64,000 nt of DNA from Gemmatimonadaceae bacterium (GCA_051859245.1 JBHYGA010000001.1:704001-768000); one strand, 5' to 3'; positions 28,771 through 38,491 are shown, numbered from the stretch's first letter. A program made the numbers and translations. The notes: generated by a model not told the origin, from the sequence alone.

Positions 28771-29961
28771 ATGCCAACGTTCACGTACACCGCGCGTACC
28801 GCCAGCGGCGATCTTAAGTCGGCCACTATTGACGCCACGTCGCGCGACGACGCCGTCAATCAGCTGCGCCGCCAGCGGTTGACGATCGTCAAGGTCGACG
28901 AGAATCGCCCCAAGAAGGCGCGTGGCTCGATTGGCATGCGCGACATCGTAATTTTCACGCGTCAGTTCTCCACCATGATCAACGCCGGTCTGCCGCTCGT
29001 GCAGGCCCTCGACATTCTCGCCAAGCAGAGTGAGAACAAGGTGCTCGCGCAAACGGTGCGTGAGGTCGTGTTCGAAGTGGAAAGTGGACACACGGTCGCC
29101 GACGCCATGCGCAAGCATCCCAAGGCGTTCAGCGAACTGTACACCAACATGGTGGACGCCGGCGAAAAGGGTGGTATCCTCGATACCATTCTTGGACGTC
29201 TCGCGGTATTCCTCGAAAAGAACGACGCGCTGGTGCGTAAGGTGAAGGGCGCGATGATCTATCCGTCCGTCATCATGGGCGTGGCGGCAATCGCAATCGT
29301 GGTGTTGTTGTGGAAGGTGATTCCGGTGTTCCAGAACATGTTCGCCAGTGTGAACATGGAACTGCCAGGCCCTACCAAGTTCGTCATCTTCTTGTCGGGC
29401 TTCCTGAACAACTACTGGTGGGCGCTGCTCATTGGTGCGGGCGCATTTGTGTACGGCATTCGTGCCGCGTACGCCACATCGGGCGGTCAGCTGGCGATCG
29501 ACAGCTTCATGCTGAAAGTCCCGGTGCTTGGCGACGTGCTCCGCAAGTCGGCCGTGTCACGCTTCACGCGTACGCTCGGCACACTGATCTCGTCGGGTGT
29601 CAGCATCCTTGACGGCCTCGAAATCACTGCGAAAACGTCAGGCAACCGTGTGGTGCAGGACGCCATCATGGAATCACGCGCCAGCATCGCCGGCGGTGAA
29701 AGCATTGCGTCACCGCTGCAGAAGTCGAAGGTGTTTCCGCCCATGGTGATCAGCATGATCAGCGTTGGTGAGCAGACTGGTGGTCTCGACGAAATGCTCA
29801 CCAAGATCGCCGACTTCTACGACGACGAAGTGGACGCGGCCGTGAGCGGATTGCTCAGCTTGCTGGAGCCGATCATGATCGTGTTCCTCGGCGTGGTGGT
29901 TGGTGGCATGATCGTGGCCATGTACCTGCCGATCTTCGACATGGTGAACGCGGTGCAGTAA
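28771..29961 (+). CDS. pilC: type IV pilus inner membrane platform protein
   Basis: FTRQFSTMINAGLPL, GEKGGILD, GEQTGGLDEML, MYLPIF. Confidence 0.93.
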   Translation: MPTFTYTARTASGDLKSATIDATSRDDAVNQLRRQRLTIVKVDENRPKKARGSIGMRDIVIFTRQFSTMINAGLPLVQALDILAKQSENKVLAQTVREVVFEVESGHTVADAMRKHPKAFSELYTNMVDAGEKGGILDTILGRLAVFLEKNDALVRKVKGAMIYPSVIMGVAAIAIVVLLWKVIPVFQNMFASVNMELPGPTKFVIFLSGFLNNYWWALLIGAGAFVYGIRAAYATSGGQLAIDSFMLKVPVLGDVLRKSAVSRFTRTLGTLISSGVSILDGLEITAKTSGNRVVQDAIMESRASIAGGESIASPLQKSKVFPPMVISMISVGEQTGGLDEMLTKIADFYDDEVDAAVSGLLSLLEPIMIVFLGVVVGGMIVAMYLPIFDMVNAVQ

Positions 29962-30033
29962 GCGGGTAGAACGGGTCTGGGATTTCTCGGACTCTATGAG
30001 AACTGAGCTACTGGCTCTCAACAAAACAACAAG

Positions 30034-30061
30034 AGCGGAGGCCCTCGAGGCCTCCGCTTTT
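30034..30061 (+). terminator. rho-independent terminator
   Basis: AGCGGAGGCC-ctcga-GGCCTCCGCT followed by T tail. Confidence 0.8.
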
Positions 30062-30156
30062 GTATGTACATTCGCGGGCCTTCTTCTCGGCGGCTACCTA
30101 TGGCAACCGACCATCATGCGGCGGATTTGACGCTGCCGTAGACATCTATCGACGAC

Positions 30157-31044
30157 ATGCAAACAATGTTTGTCAGCGCGCAGTTCAGATGTCCGAATGA
30201 GCGCATCGTCGATCTGGCGATCTTCGAACCGATGTTCGCGGCGGCGGCGTATGCGTGCGTTCCGCTGACGCTCATGGAGTATTATACCATCACCACGAGC
30301 GCGCGGGTCGGCCAAGAGCGCCCCATCTCAACGCCGGAGAACCTTGTTCGATTGTGGAATCGGAAGACGACAGTGAAGCTCCTCCTCGCGTCGTCGCGCC
30401 GTATGGACGATGGACCGTATGCGTCGGTGGGTTTCGGTCGGTCGGATCGCCCCGGTGGGGAGGTGCCGCCCACGGCGGGCGAGGTGGAATGGCTTCGGAG
30501 CGTCACTGCCGAAGAGCAGGCCAACTTTCTGCTCGGTGTCAAACGAGCATTCGTTCTGGCGAATGGATGGAGCGGTCACCTGCACGCAACGACAGAATCC
30601 GCGTTTGCGTCCGCCGAGCTGGGGTTTACGGCGACGAGTCGGTGGCGACCCTTCCCTGAAGAGGGTTATGAGGGTTCCTCCGACGCGGCGGCGATCAAGC
30701 GTTGGTACGCGTGGAAGCATCCCGAGGATACCAACGACCGGGTCCAGATGTTGGGGCCGGCACGCTCGCGCATCGGCCCACGTTTGCGTGGCACATACTG
30801 GGGAACGCTGCTCGGCCCCACGCTCGTCGCGGAGTTGGGCGGACTCTCACGCATCACCCGCGAGGCACCGGTAGCCGTCGCGGAGTCACTCAGCAACGGC
30901 GGCGCGTATCTGCAGTTGACGCCAACCCCCGAGCCGATCACCACGGACACGATGCAGCGCGGGTTGCTGGAGCTCGAGCGCTTTCTCGAGCCGGTGCTCG
31001 TGCCGACACCGTTGTACTGGGCGCAGAGGCATACCAAAGCATAA
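30157..31044 (+). CDS. hypothetical protein; C-terminus resembles DUF3396/immunity-type proteins
   Basis: LRGTYWGTLLGPTLVAELGG...GGAYLQLTPTP motif; family call by recall only. Confidence 0.5.
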   Translation: MQTMFVSAQFRCPNERIVDLAIFEPMFAAAAYACVPLTLMEYYTITTSARVGQERPISTPENLVRLWNRKTTVKLLLASSRRMDDGPYASVGFGRSDRPGGEVPPTAGEVEWLRSVTAEEQANFLLGVKRAFVLANGWSGHLHATTESAFASAELGFTATSRWRPFPEEGYEGSSDAAAIKRWYAWKHPEDTNDRVQMLGPARSRIGPRLRGTYWGTLLGPTLVAELGGLSRITREAPVAVAESLSNGGAYLQLTPTPEPITTDTMQRGLLELERFLEPVLVPTPLYWAQRHTKA

Positions 31045-31123
31045 GCCCGCCTTTTTTACAACGGAGGTTCGTCGACACCATATTGCGGCGTCCCGACAAT
31101 CCAACTGTTAAAACAAGGCCGCG

Positions 31124-31378
31124 ATGGAATACAGCACAGGCGTATCCGAGTCAGGCGAGCAGTTCTTTGTGGATGCACTCATTCGCACGGGTCCTGGGGA
31201 GCCGCTCACGCGTCAGTTCTCGCTGTCGGTAGCGGATCAATCGTCAAGTGGACAGCCGGAGATCGTGATCTCTATCAGGGAGAATGCTGGCGTTGAGCCC
31301 GCCGCAAGTTTCTTGTGTAATCACGCAGAGCTGAAGGAGCTCGTCGAGTGGCTTCGTCACCGCAAAATCGTGAAGTAG
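31124..31378 (+). CDS. hypothetical protein (84 aa)
   Basis: ORF with plausible composition; no recognised motif. Confidence 0.4.
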   Translation: MEYSTGVSESGEQFFVDALIRTGPGEPLTRQFSLSVADQSSSGQPEIVISIRENAGVEPAASFLCNHAELKELVEWLRHRKIVK

Positions 31379-31433
31379 CAGCGGTGGGTGATCCGCTTGA
31401 AAACGGGTCGCAGTATAAACAAACCTGAGCACG

Positions 31434-31541
31434 TGACCGCCGGGGAATCGAACCCCGAGAATGAGTTTCGCCAGCCAGTTTCCTTCACGGGAATCGAACC
31501 CGTTTCCGGCGGCCTTCCCTCTTGGAGCCATTCCGCGGCCA
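31434..31541 (-). other. tRNA-like fragment(s): two T-arms and an acceptor-like stem
   Basis: Minus strand has ACGGG-TTCGATT-CCCGT (31503-31487) and CGGGG-TTCGATT-CCCCG (31457-31441); no canonical D/anticodon arms and no CCA. Confidence 0.5.
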
Positions 31542-31756
31542 ACACTCCATGCTAAAGCTTCGTCTCCGGTCTTAAAACCGAACGCACCGCGCGCAGACAG
31601 TACGCGATCCGTAGCGCGGCACGCGCCGACGTCTTTGACTATCTGCGGCGCTTCTACAAGCCGATTCGACGACACTCCGCCTTGGACTATCTTCGCCCCG
31701 TGCAGTCTGAAGATGCTGAAGCTTAGCCGCGTGTCCACGGAAAACGGGACAGCTCA
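31538..31756 (+). mobile_element. IS3-family remnant (3' end of OrfB transposase plus right terminal inverted repeat)
   Basis: Translation NTPC*SFVSGLKTERTARRQYAIRSAARADVFDYLRRFYKPIRRHSALDYLRPVQSE matches the IS3 integrase-core tail with an internal stop; ends ...GTGTCCACGGAAAACGGGACAGCTCA (TG...CA type end). Confidence 0.85.
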
Positions 31757-31946
31757 GTAAGGACAATGCACCATCACGTCAATTGGGCAGTTGCCCAATA
31801 GCGCCCGTGGAAGAAATGGCCACTTTCCTATCGGTGCCCGATTTGCTACCGAACAATGCGACAGCGGCGTGTGACACTTTTGCAAAGACCTGTTTCGATC
31901 AATACTCGACGCTTCGAAGGATGAATACGATGAATAATGAAGTCGC

Positions 31947-33152
31947 ATGATGCGCCGACTGCCGTTACACTTCAGTTTCTGCCTCCTGCTCAGCGTAGCA
32001 GCGCAAGCGCTCCTCGCTCAATCAAAACCGAACGTCGCCGTCCCCGTGGCCACGTTCAATCGCGTCCGAACGATCACCACCGCCGCCACTCCCGGCGAGC
32101 CGTGGGTTACGATCGGTGCGGTGCAAATGGATCGAAGCGGCGGCATCTACGTTGCCTTCCCCGACGAAAACACGATTCGCCATTTCTCGAGCAGCGGCAC
32201 GTACGTGCGGAGCATCGGACGAAAGGGAAGTGGCCCAGGCGAGTTCGAGCGGCTCGCAGGTATCGGATGGCTCGGCGACACGCTGTGGGCGAGGAGCCGA
32301 GGAGGCCAGCGGTTCGAGTTGTTCCGTGCGTCCGGTGCGCATATCCGCACGCAGACCGCATTGGCAACAAGTCATGACGGCTTCAGCGTAAACGCGGCCG
32401 CGATGCTGCAGGACGGCTGGATTGCGTACAATGGTTCGATCAGCGCCGACGCGATGCTCGTAAAACAGCCGCGCGTCACGCCCATGCTCGTAGTGCAGCC
32501 ACCTAACACCCGGCTCAAAGAGTACGCACGCATTGCGACCGGTACTCTCACGTTGGCGACACCCGGCAGCGGAATGATGAGCGGGACGGGACGAAACGCA
32601 GAGCGCCTGCGTACGGACGGCCTCGTTCGTTTTGCTCCCGACGGCAGCTTTCTCGTGTCGGTCGATCGTGCGCCGAAACCGAGTGGTGCGACGGTGCAGT
32701 ACACCGTGAACGTCAGGACGCCGAGCGGAGCGAGTCGCCTGCAGCGCACGTTCACGCTTCCGGGTGTACGCGTGAAGAAGGAACATTCCGCTGAGTTTGT
32801 GACCAGTTACGTCGAAGGCCTGCGTATGGGCCCTCGCAGACAACACTTCCCGTCGGATGAGAGTGCGAAAGACTACGTGCTCTCGCAGTTGACGCTGCCC
32901 ACCGTCTATCCGGCTGTTTCAGGGCTACTGATTGGAGCGGATCACAATATCTGGCTTCGCGGACTGGACCTTGGAGAGCCGAACGTGGAGTGGACGGTGT
33001 TCAACAGCAAACTTGAACCGCAATTTCGCGTCATGCTGCCCGCCGATATTGTGGTGAAAGCCGCGATGCGCGACGATGTGTGGGGGACCTCGTTCGATGA
33101 CGATGACGTGCCGTATCTCATTCACTTTCGACGCGCTGGTAGTGCGCGTTAG
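31947..33152 (+). CDS. secreted 6-bladed beta-propeller (NHL-like) protein
   Basis: Signal peptide; IGRKGSGPGEF; C-terminal DDDDVPY. Confidence 0.7.
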   Translation: MMRRLPLHFSFCLLLSVAAQALLAQSKPNVAVPVATFNRVRTITTAATPGEPWVTIGAVQMDRSGGIYVAFPDENTIRHFSSSGTYVRSIGRKGSGPGEFERLAGIGWLGDTLWARSRGGQRFELFRASGAHIRTQTALATSHDGFSVNAAAMLQDGWIAYNGSISADAMLVKQPRVTPMLVVQPPNTRLKEYARIATGTLTLATPGSGMMSGTGRNAERLRTDGLVRFAPDGSFLVSVDRAPKPSGATVQYTVNVRTPSGASRLQRTFTLPGVRVKKEHSAEFVTSYVEGLRMGPRRQHFPSDESAKDYVLSQLTLPTVYPAVSGLLIGADHNIWLRGLDLGEPNVEWTVFNSKLEPQFRVMLPADIVVKAAMRDDVWGTSFDDDDVPYLIHFRRAGSAR

Positions 33153-33334
33153 TGTCGCGCGTCGCAACTGTGTGCAGTGTTCATGCACGCGGCGTGTGGC
33201 GAGAAGGTACGATCTATCCAGCTGGCATCTCTACTCTTGATGCTGTTGACGTTTCGAAGAGGGATACGTGATCTACGATTCGCATCCAAATCGCGGTGGA
33301 GAAAACTGAGTCGTCTATGCTTTCCTTACCTGCC

Positions 33335-34570
33335 ATGAGCACGCCGAGATCGCGCCGTCTGAAGCGACGAGTCCCAACAGCGACGTGGACGCTCCTAGCG
33401 GTTGGGCTTCTCGCTGCGTGTGAGCAGTCGAAACGTAGAGCAGCCGCCGAGGTCGAGCTCGCCACGGGCCCGCTGGAGTCGTGCGCGGCCGTTCTTGAGC
33501 TACACGAGACGAAACAACACTCCGGCACCGTAAGGTCCGTCATAGTGCCAGACATGGAGCCCGTGTGCGAGGCTAAGCTCGAGGCCGTTATCCGACTCAC
33601 GCCGCCGATCGGAGAAGGCGAGCTGCTAGCTGGCAAATCGATGAGCCGCCGGAGCGATGGTTTCTACGTCAGCAACTTATTCGGCGAGAACGCTCTCGCC
33701 GTGTGGGACAGCTCGGGTCGGTTTGTGCGGCGCATTGGGCGCTCGGGCGCCGGGCCCGGTGAGTTTGCGAGCGGCATTCAGCCCATATTCGGACCGGGCG
33801 ACACACTGTATGCAATCGATAACGCTCGGCATCTGAACGTCTTCGACAACAGTTTTCGCTACGTGCGGCGATCGTTGCAACTGAACGCACAGCGGCCGGC
33901 CGGTAACTGGTTCCTCACGGTCGATGGACGGAGATTCGTGAGTCCACCACCCGCCGGTGTCCGGTCGCATCATGTCGCAGAGCTCGACGCAGACGGAAGC
34001 ATTCTCAAGCTGCTCGTTCCGGCGGACTCCGCAACAACAGGTCCCGACGTTGAGCAATCTGAGCGCACGATCGCACATGGTGGCGGAGATTCATTTTGGA
34101 TTGGTCCCACGCAGGTGCCCGCGCAGTCGTACGCAATGGAAGAGTGGTCGCTTGACGGCCGATTGCTCCGCCGGGTGCGGCGTAGTGCCGCGTGGTTCGT
34201 GCCGTATCACGTCGCAGACAACGGCGACCCGAGCGGTCCGCCACCCACCTACTTCTCAATGCTGCAGGTGGACGGAAGCGGGCTGTTGCATACGGCGATT
34301 AGCAGTCGCGAACGCGCGCGCCGTTCGCCGCCGGGTGCTGGCGCGAGCAGAGAGGATCGGAAGGCGGGAATTTCGGTCCGATGGGAAATCATTCATCCAG
34401 GCTCGGGCACGTTGGTTGCCAGCACCACCTTTGCCGATGTCGACTCGGTTCCGATGCCGTTCATTCCGCATACAAACACTGCGCTTATTCTGAGTCGCGA
34501 CAGCGCGGACACATATGCAAACGCGATCGCGCGGTGGCGACTTTCCCCGATGTTCTCGCCCATTCCCTAG
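33335..34570 (+). CDS. beta-propeller lipoprotein
   Basis: Lipobox LAAC; IGRSGAGPGEF, GPGDTLY; start uncertain (33296-33335). Confidence 0.65.
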   Translation: MSTPRSRRLKRRVPTATWTLLAVGLLAACEQSKRRAAAEVELATGPLESCAAVLELHETKQHSGTVRSVIVPDMEPVCEAKLEAVIRLTPPIGEGELLAGKSMSRRSDGFYVSNLFGENALAVWDSSGRFVRRIGRSGAGPGEFASGIQPIFGPGDTLYAIDNARHLNVFDNSFRYVRRSLQLNAQRPAGNWFLTVDGRRFVSPPPAGVRSHHVAELDADGSILKLLVPADSATTGPDVEQSERTIAHGGGDSFWIGPTQVPAQSYAMEEWSLDGRLLRRVRRSAAWFVPYHVADNGDPSGPPPTYFSMLQVDGSGLLHTAISSRERARRSPPGAGASREDRKAGISVRWEIIHPGSGTLVASTTFADVDSVPMPFIPHTNTALILSRDSADTYANAIARWRLSPMFSPIP

Positions 34571-34689
34571 CAGCATTCCACAGATGCGAGACGCGAGCGG
34601 TCACGAGCGGGAGACAATCTTTCGTGTGCGCAGGCCCGTACATTATCAGTCGGATAGCCACACCAATCAACGTCTCACTGCAGCCACAC

Positions 34690-35292
34690 GTGACGTCCTC
34701 ATCCATAACGCGCGCAATCGCGATCGTTGCGTTCCTCTCCGCACCGCTCGGCGCGCAGCGACCCGACGTCAATGTGACGGGCCGGTTCGGGATTGCAGCT
34801 CCCGCCGATGACTACCAGTCGAACTGTGGACATTCGAGCCTCGCGGTCAGCCTCGATGTGCAGCGACAAGGCCGAGTGTTTCCGCACCTGTCGCTGGATC
34901 ACTTCACGGGGAGCGGAGGCGGCGATGTGTTATGCGTTTCGTTCGAACCCACGGTGGGTGGACTTCGATTGGAAGGTGCGACGCGCTTGGGCCTGGGTAT
35001 GGGCGCGCGGGTTGGTTCGAAGTGGGCGCACCTCGAGGGAGTCTTGCAGGGTGGTCTCATTACGGGACGCCCCGGCTACGAATCGGCGGGCGTAAACCAC
35101 GGGCGAGAAGTTTTGCCCCATGTGGGAGGTCAGCTCACTGCCGTGTTGGCCCGCTACGTGGTGATTTCCTACTCCAGACATCTCACACGCCTGTCGCGCG
35201 ACGTTTTTCCTGCTGACGGCGGCAGCGTGCGCACAAGCCGAAGGTGGTCGCCACTGGTGACGCTGCAGTTTGGCGTGCGAGTACCGCTATGA
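34690..35292 (+). CDS. hypothetical secreted, possibly outer-membrane beta-barrel protein
   Basis: Signal peptide (...SAPLGAQ), alternating beta-strand pattern, C-terminal LQFGVRVPL. Confidence 0.5.
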   Translation: MTSSSITRAIAIVAFLSAPLGAQRPDVNVTGRFGIAAPADDYQSNCGHSSLAVSLDVQRQGRVFPHLSLDHFTGSGGGDVLCVSFEPTVGGLRLEGATRLGLGMGARVGSKWAHLEGVLQGGLITGRPGYESAGVNHGREVLPHVGGQLTAVLARYVVISYSRHLTRLSRDVFPADGGSVRTSRRWSPLVTLQFGVRVPL

Positions 35293-35362
35293 AGCGGTCG
35301 ACGCCGATCCTGCGTACGTCGCGCGCTTGTGTTGGTTGCATGCGCTGATTCGTCCGACTAGC

Positions 35363-35890
35363 TCACTGCCTACCAAAACTCCGCGCATCGTACGTCCACC
35401 GCCGAACTTTGCGCACCGTCAACAGGTGCACGTCTACATGCTGCGGATTGATCAGCACGTTCGACTCCTCCGGCACCACCACAGACGGCACTTCCGCGAG
35501 CACACTTTCTCCTCGTGAGAGCCAGCGGGCGCCCCACTCCAGCGACACGCGACCCTCGGGAATCGCATCCCACCCCACATGCGCCGCGCCTTCACACACC
35601 GTGCGCGACTTCCACACCGCTTCCGGCACGCGGATCTCTACGAGATAGCGATTGAGCGGCAGCCCCTGCTCACGCAGATGTACCACCGTCTCAAGACACG
35701 CCAGCGCGCGCGAGCTCGATGTGTAGAGCAACGCGACACCCGCACGATTCCATCGCCCGCCGGTTTCGCGCGCGCCGGCTCCGCTCACATCGTCGGCGGT
35801 GAAGTGCGGTGTGTCCGCGGCAATACGCCACAGCAGCACGTCACGCGCATCGGTATCGCGCGAGTGCACGTGCAACAACGCGTCACTCAT
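35363..35890 (-). CDS. RES domain toxin (MbcT/ParT-like)
   Basis: LWRI, GGRWN, LACLE, VPSVVVPEESNVLINP. Confidence 0.9.
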   Translation of the reverse strand: MSDALLHVHSRDTDARDVLLWRIAADTPHFTADDVSGAGARETGGRWNRAGVALLYTSSSRALACLETVVHLREQGLPLNRYLVEIRVPEAVWKSRTVCEGAAHVGWDAIPEGRVSLEWGARWLSRGESVLAEVPSVVVPEESNVLINPQHVDVHLLTVRKVRRWTYDARSFGRQ

Positions 35891-35902
35891 GCACGCGCGC
35901 GA

Positions 35903-36430
35903 CTACGCGTACGCGCCCGACTGCATTCGCGCCAACAGCCCCGACACAATCGCGCGACCCTCGGCGGTATCCATGAACTCAATTGGCGTGCGGCCGCCGA
36001 GCGCGGGCACTGGCGATTCGATCCACTGTGACACCCAGGCCGCGGCGTCGAACTCGTCGGCGTTGCCTGACTCGCTCACAATCTGTTGGATTTGACTGAT
36101 CAACAACGTGACCCCCAGTACGCGTTCACTTTCCGCCACGCCCAGCCGTCCACCCGAACGCAGTTTGCGCTCCACCGTGGCGCGAGCCAGACCAAGGCTT
36201 CGCACGAGACTGTCGCGCGACATATCGAGCACATCGGCGAGCGACGCTACCGCCTGCGCTGCCACACCTTCACGCACGAGCTGAATGCGGTCGAGCGTAT
36301 TGCTGTGCGCAACGTCGGCGATCCAGGAGTGCCCATCTTCGCGGACGCGCCAGAAGTTGGGGTCGCCGAACGCCGCCTTGGCCGACTTGCTGCGCCGCTT
36401 TGGGGCGGGGTATGTGAAGGGCTTGGTCAT
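35903..36430 (-). CDS. Xre/MbcA/ParS antitoxin (DUF2384)
   Basis: HTH region, ESERV, WIESPVPALGGRTPIEFMDT, SGAYA. Confidence 0.9.
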   Translation of the reverse strand: MTKPFTYPAPKRRSKSAKAAFGDPNFWRVREDGHSWIADVAHSNTLDRIQLVREGVAAQAVASLADVLDMSRDSLVRSLGLARATVERKLRSGGRLGVAESERVLGVTLLISQIQQIVSESGNADEFDAAAWVSQWIESPVPALGGRTPIEFMDTAEGRAIVSGLLARMQSGAYA

Positions 36431-36448
36431 CGATGCCTCAATGCTCAA

Positions 36449-36470
36449 ATGATACAATAGAATATATCAT
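36449..36470. promoter_or_regulatory. putative antitoxin operator palindrome
   Basis: ATGATA-N10-TATCAT in an AT-rich patch just upstream of the antitoxin start. Confidence 0.4.
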
Positions 36471-36624
36471 ACGATACCCACCGTCGCTAGCCCCTCCCTC
36501 GCTCCGCACGCGCCCTCTCTCGAGCTGCGGCTAGGCGACGGGCGCCACGCTGGCTAAGCTCATCCATATAGTCTCTGGCCGCCCAGTCGCAGCCCAGCGC
36601 CTCTCCAGCCTATTCCTGCCCGTC

Positions 36625-38007
36625 ATGTCCCTGTCACTTCGCGCACCGATTTCCACGCTCGCGCTCACCTTCGTCGCTCTCCACGCCGCAGTGGCGCCAC
36701 TCGCCGCCCAACAACCAACTCCGCTGCCATCGCAGGAAGACCCGCGCATCCATGAAATGGTCGCCGCGTCGTCGGCTGAGCGCATTGAGCGTGACATTCG
36801 ACAGCTGGTGGCCTTCGGGACGCGGCACACCATGTCAGACACACTCTCCACAACGCGTGGCATCGGCGCGGCACGTCGCTGGATCTTCGCCGAGTTTCAG
36901 CGCATCTCGGCGGCGTGCGGTGGGTGTCTGGATGTGCAGTACATCAGCGGTATTGAGAAGGGCTCTCCGACGGGCCGCATTCGTGAAGACATCAACATTG
37001 TGAACGTGGTGGCCGTGCTGCGTGGTAGCGCCGAGCCGAATCGCCACGTGCTGCTCGCCGGTGACATTGATTCACGCGTGACCGATGTGATGAATGCGAA
37101 AGACAGTTCGCCCGGAGCCAACGACAACGCCAGCGGCATTGCGGCGCTGCTCGAAGCCGCACGAATTCTGAGTAAGTACAAGCCCAACGCGTCGATTGCC
37201 TTTGCCGCACTCTCCGGAGAAGAGCAGGGGCTCTTTGGCGGTGATATCGTGGCCAAGCATGCCAAGGCCAACAACTGGCGTATTGATGCGGTGATCAACA
37301 ACGACATGGTCGGAAACATTTCCGGCATTGATGGCGTGATCGAGAATACGAAAGCGCGCGTGTTCGCGCCGGGACTGGCAGCCGATACGCCTGCTTCGGA
37401 GCTGCGTCGCATTCTCACCAACGGCGGTGAGCTCGACACGCCGTCGCGTCAGCTGGCGCGGTACATCGACAAGGTCGCGGATCGATACTTTCCGAATCTC
37501 GACGTGGAAATCATCTATCGACTTGATCGCTACGGTCGCGGCGGACATCACACACCGTTCTTCAACAACGGATTCAATGCGGCCGTGCGTCTCATGGAAT
37601 CGCACGAAGACTATAACAAACAGCACCAGGACATTCGCACCGAGCGCGGTATCGCGTACGGCGACGTCATCGAAGGCGTGAACTTTCCGTACGCGGCCTC
37701 GATCACGGCGCTTGATGCGGCCACACTGCTGTCGCTGGCGTGGGCACCGGCTGCTCCAGACTCGGTGCGCATTCAAGGCGCGGTGCGACCGTCGCCGAGT
37801 TTCCGCTGGGTCGCCTCCAAGTCGCCAGACGTGATTGGCTATCGCATTTACTGGCGCAAGCCGAGCGAAGTGAATTGGACGAGCAGTCGCTTTGTGGGCA
37901 ATGTGACGCAGTTCACATTGCCGAATGTCATCATTGACAATTATTTCTTTGGCGTCGCGGCCGTTGGCAAAAACGGTCAGGAAAGTCTCGTTGCGTTTCC
38001 TCGCTAA
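36625..38007 (+). CDS. M28 family metallopeptidase, secreted, with C-terminal FN3-like domain
   Basis: PGANDNASG, SGEEQGL, NNDMVG, RGGHH. Confidence 0.88.
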   Translation: MSLSLRAPISTLALTFVALHAAVAPLAAQQPTPLPSQEDPRIHEMVAASSAERIERDIRQLVAFGTRHTMSDTLSTTRGIGAARRWIFAEFQRISAACGGCLDVQYISGIEKGSPTGRIREDINIVNVVAVLRGSAEPNRHVLLAGDIDSRVTDVMNAKDSSPGANDNASGIAALLEAARILSKYKPNASIAFAALSGEEQGLFGGDIVAKHAKANNWRIDAVINNDMVGNISGIDGVIENTKARVFAPGLAADTPASELRRILTNGGELDTPSRQLARYIDKVADRYFPNLDVEIIYRLDRYGRGGHHTPFFNNGFNAAVRLMESHEDYNKQHQDIRTERGIAYGDVIEGVNFPYAASITALDAATLLSLAWAPAAPDSVRIQGAVRPSPSFRWVASKSPDVIGYRIYWRKPSEVNWTSSRFVGNVTQFTLPNVIIDNYFFGVAAVGKNGQESLVAFPR

Positions 38008-38491
38008 ACTCGCTGTTTTCTCAATCCTGGGATTGGGATGCACGCACGCTGATACCGCATCAGATGAGAGCGCCGTTCAACAAGCGGCGCTCAGTGCACT
38101 CTTTTTGGAACGTGAACACGCCGGCGCGATTGTGCTGTTTCGCGATAGCACAACGCGTGGGCCGATTTTTTCGGCGCTCGAACTGGACGCAGCTGATCGT
38201 GTTGTCACACCAGCAGGTCTTGCGCTGTCCACCACAACGCTGGCCTCACTTGAAGCGATGTTCCGCGCCAATCCTGATGGCTGGCGCGCGTTTCGTCAGG
38301 CGAATCCCACGGCCAGCGGCGTTGTAGAAGTGGCACCCGTTGCGTTTGATAGCGAACGAACGTCTGCTTCGGTAGTGATCGCACGGAGCTGTGGAGAGCA
38401 CTGCCGAATGGCGTGGACGCTTCGTCTCGCGAAAGACACCAGTGTGTGGCGCGTGCGCGCGGTGGAACAGATGGTCATACCAGCGGAATAG
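37991..38491 (+). CDS. hypothetical lipoprotein
   Basis: TTG start, lipobox GLGC, C-terminal CGEHC. Confidence 0.55.
   Translation: MRFLAKLAVFSILGLGCTHADTASDESAVQQAALSALFLEREHAGAIVLFRDSTTRGPIFSALELDAADRVVTPAGLALSTTTLASLEAMFRANPDGWRAFRQANPTASGVVEVAPVAFDSERTSASVVIARSCGEHCRMAWTLRLAKDTSVWRVRAVEQMVIPAE

Noticed and set aside
31434..31541. Complete tRNA gene
   Set aside because: No recognisable D-arm, anticodon arm or CCA; kept only as tRNA-like fragment
31244..31738. 164-aa minus-strand ORF
   Set aside because: Antisense reading of the IS3 remnant and tRNA-like fragments
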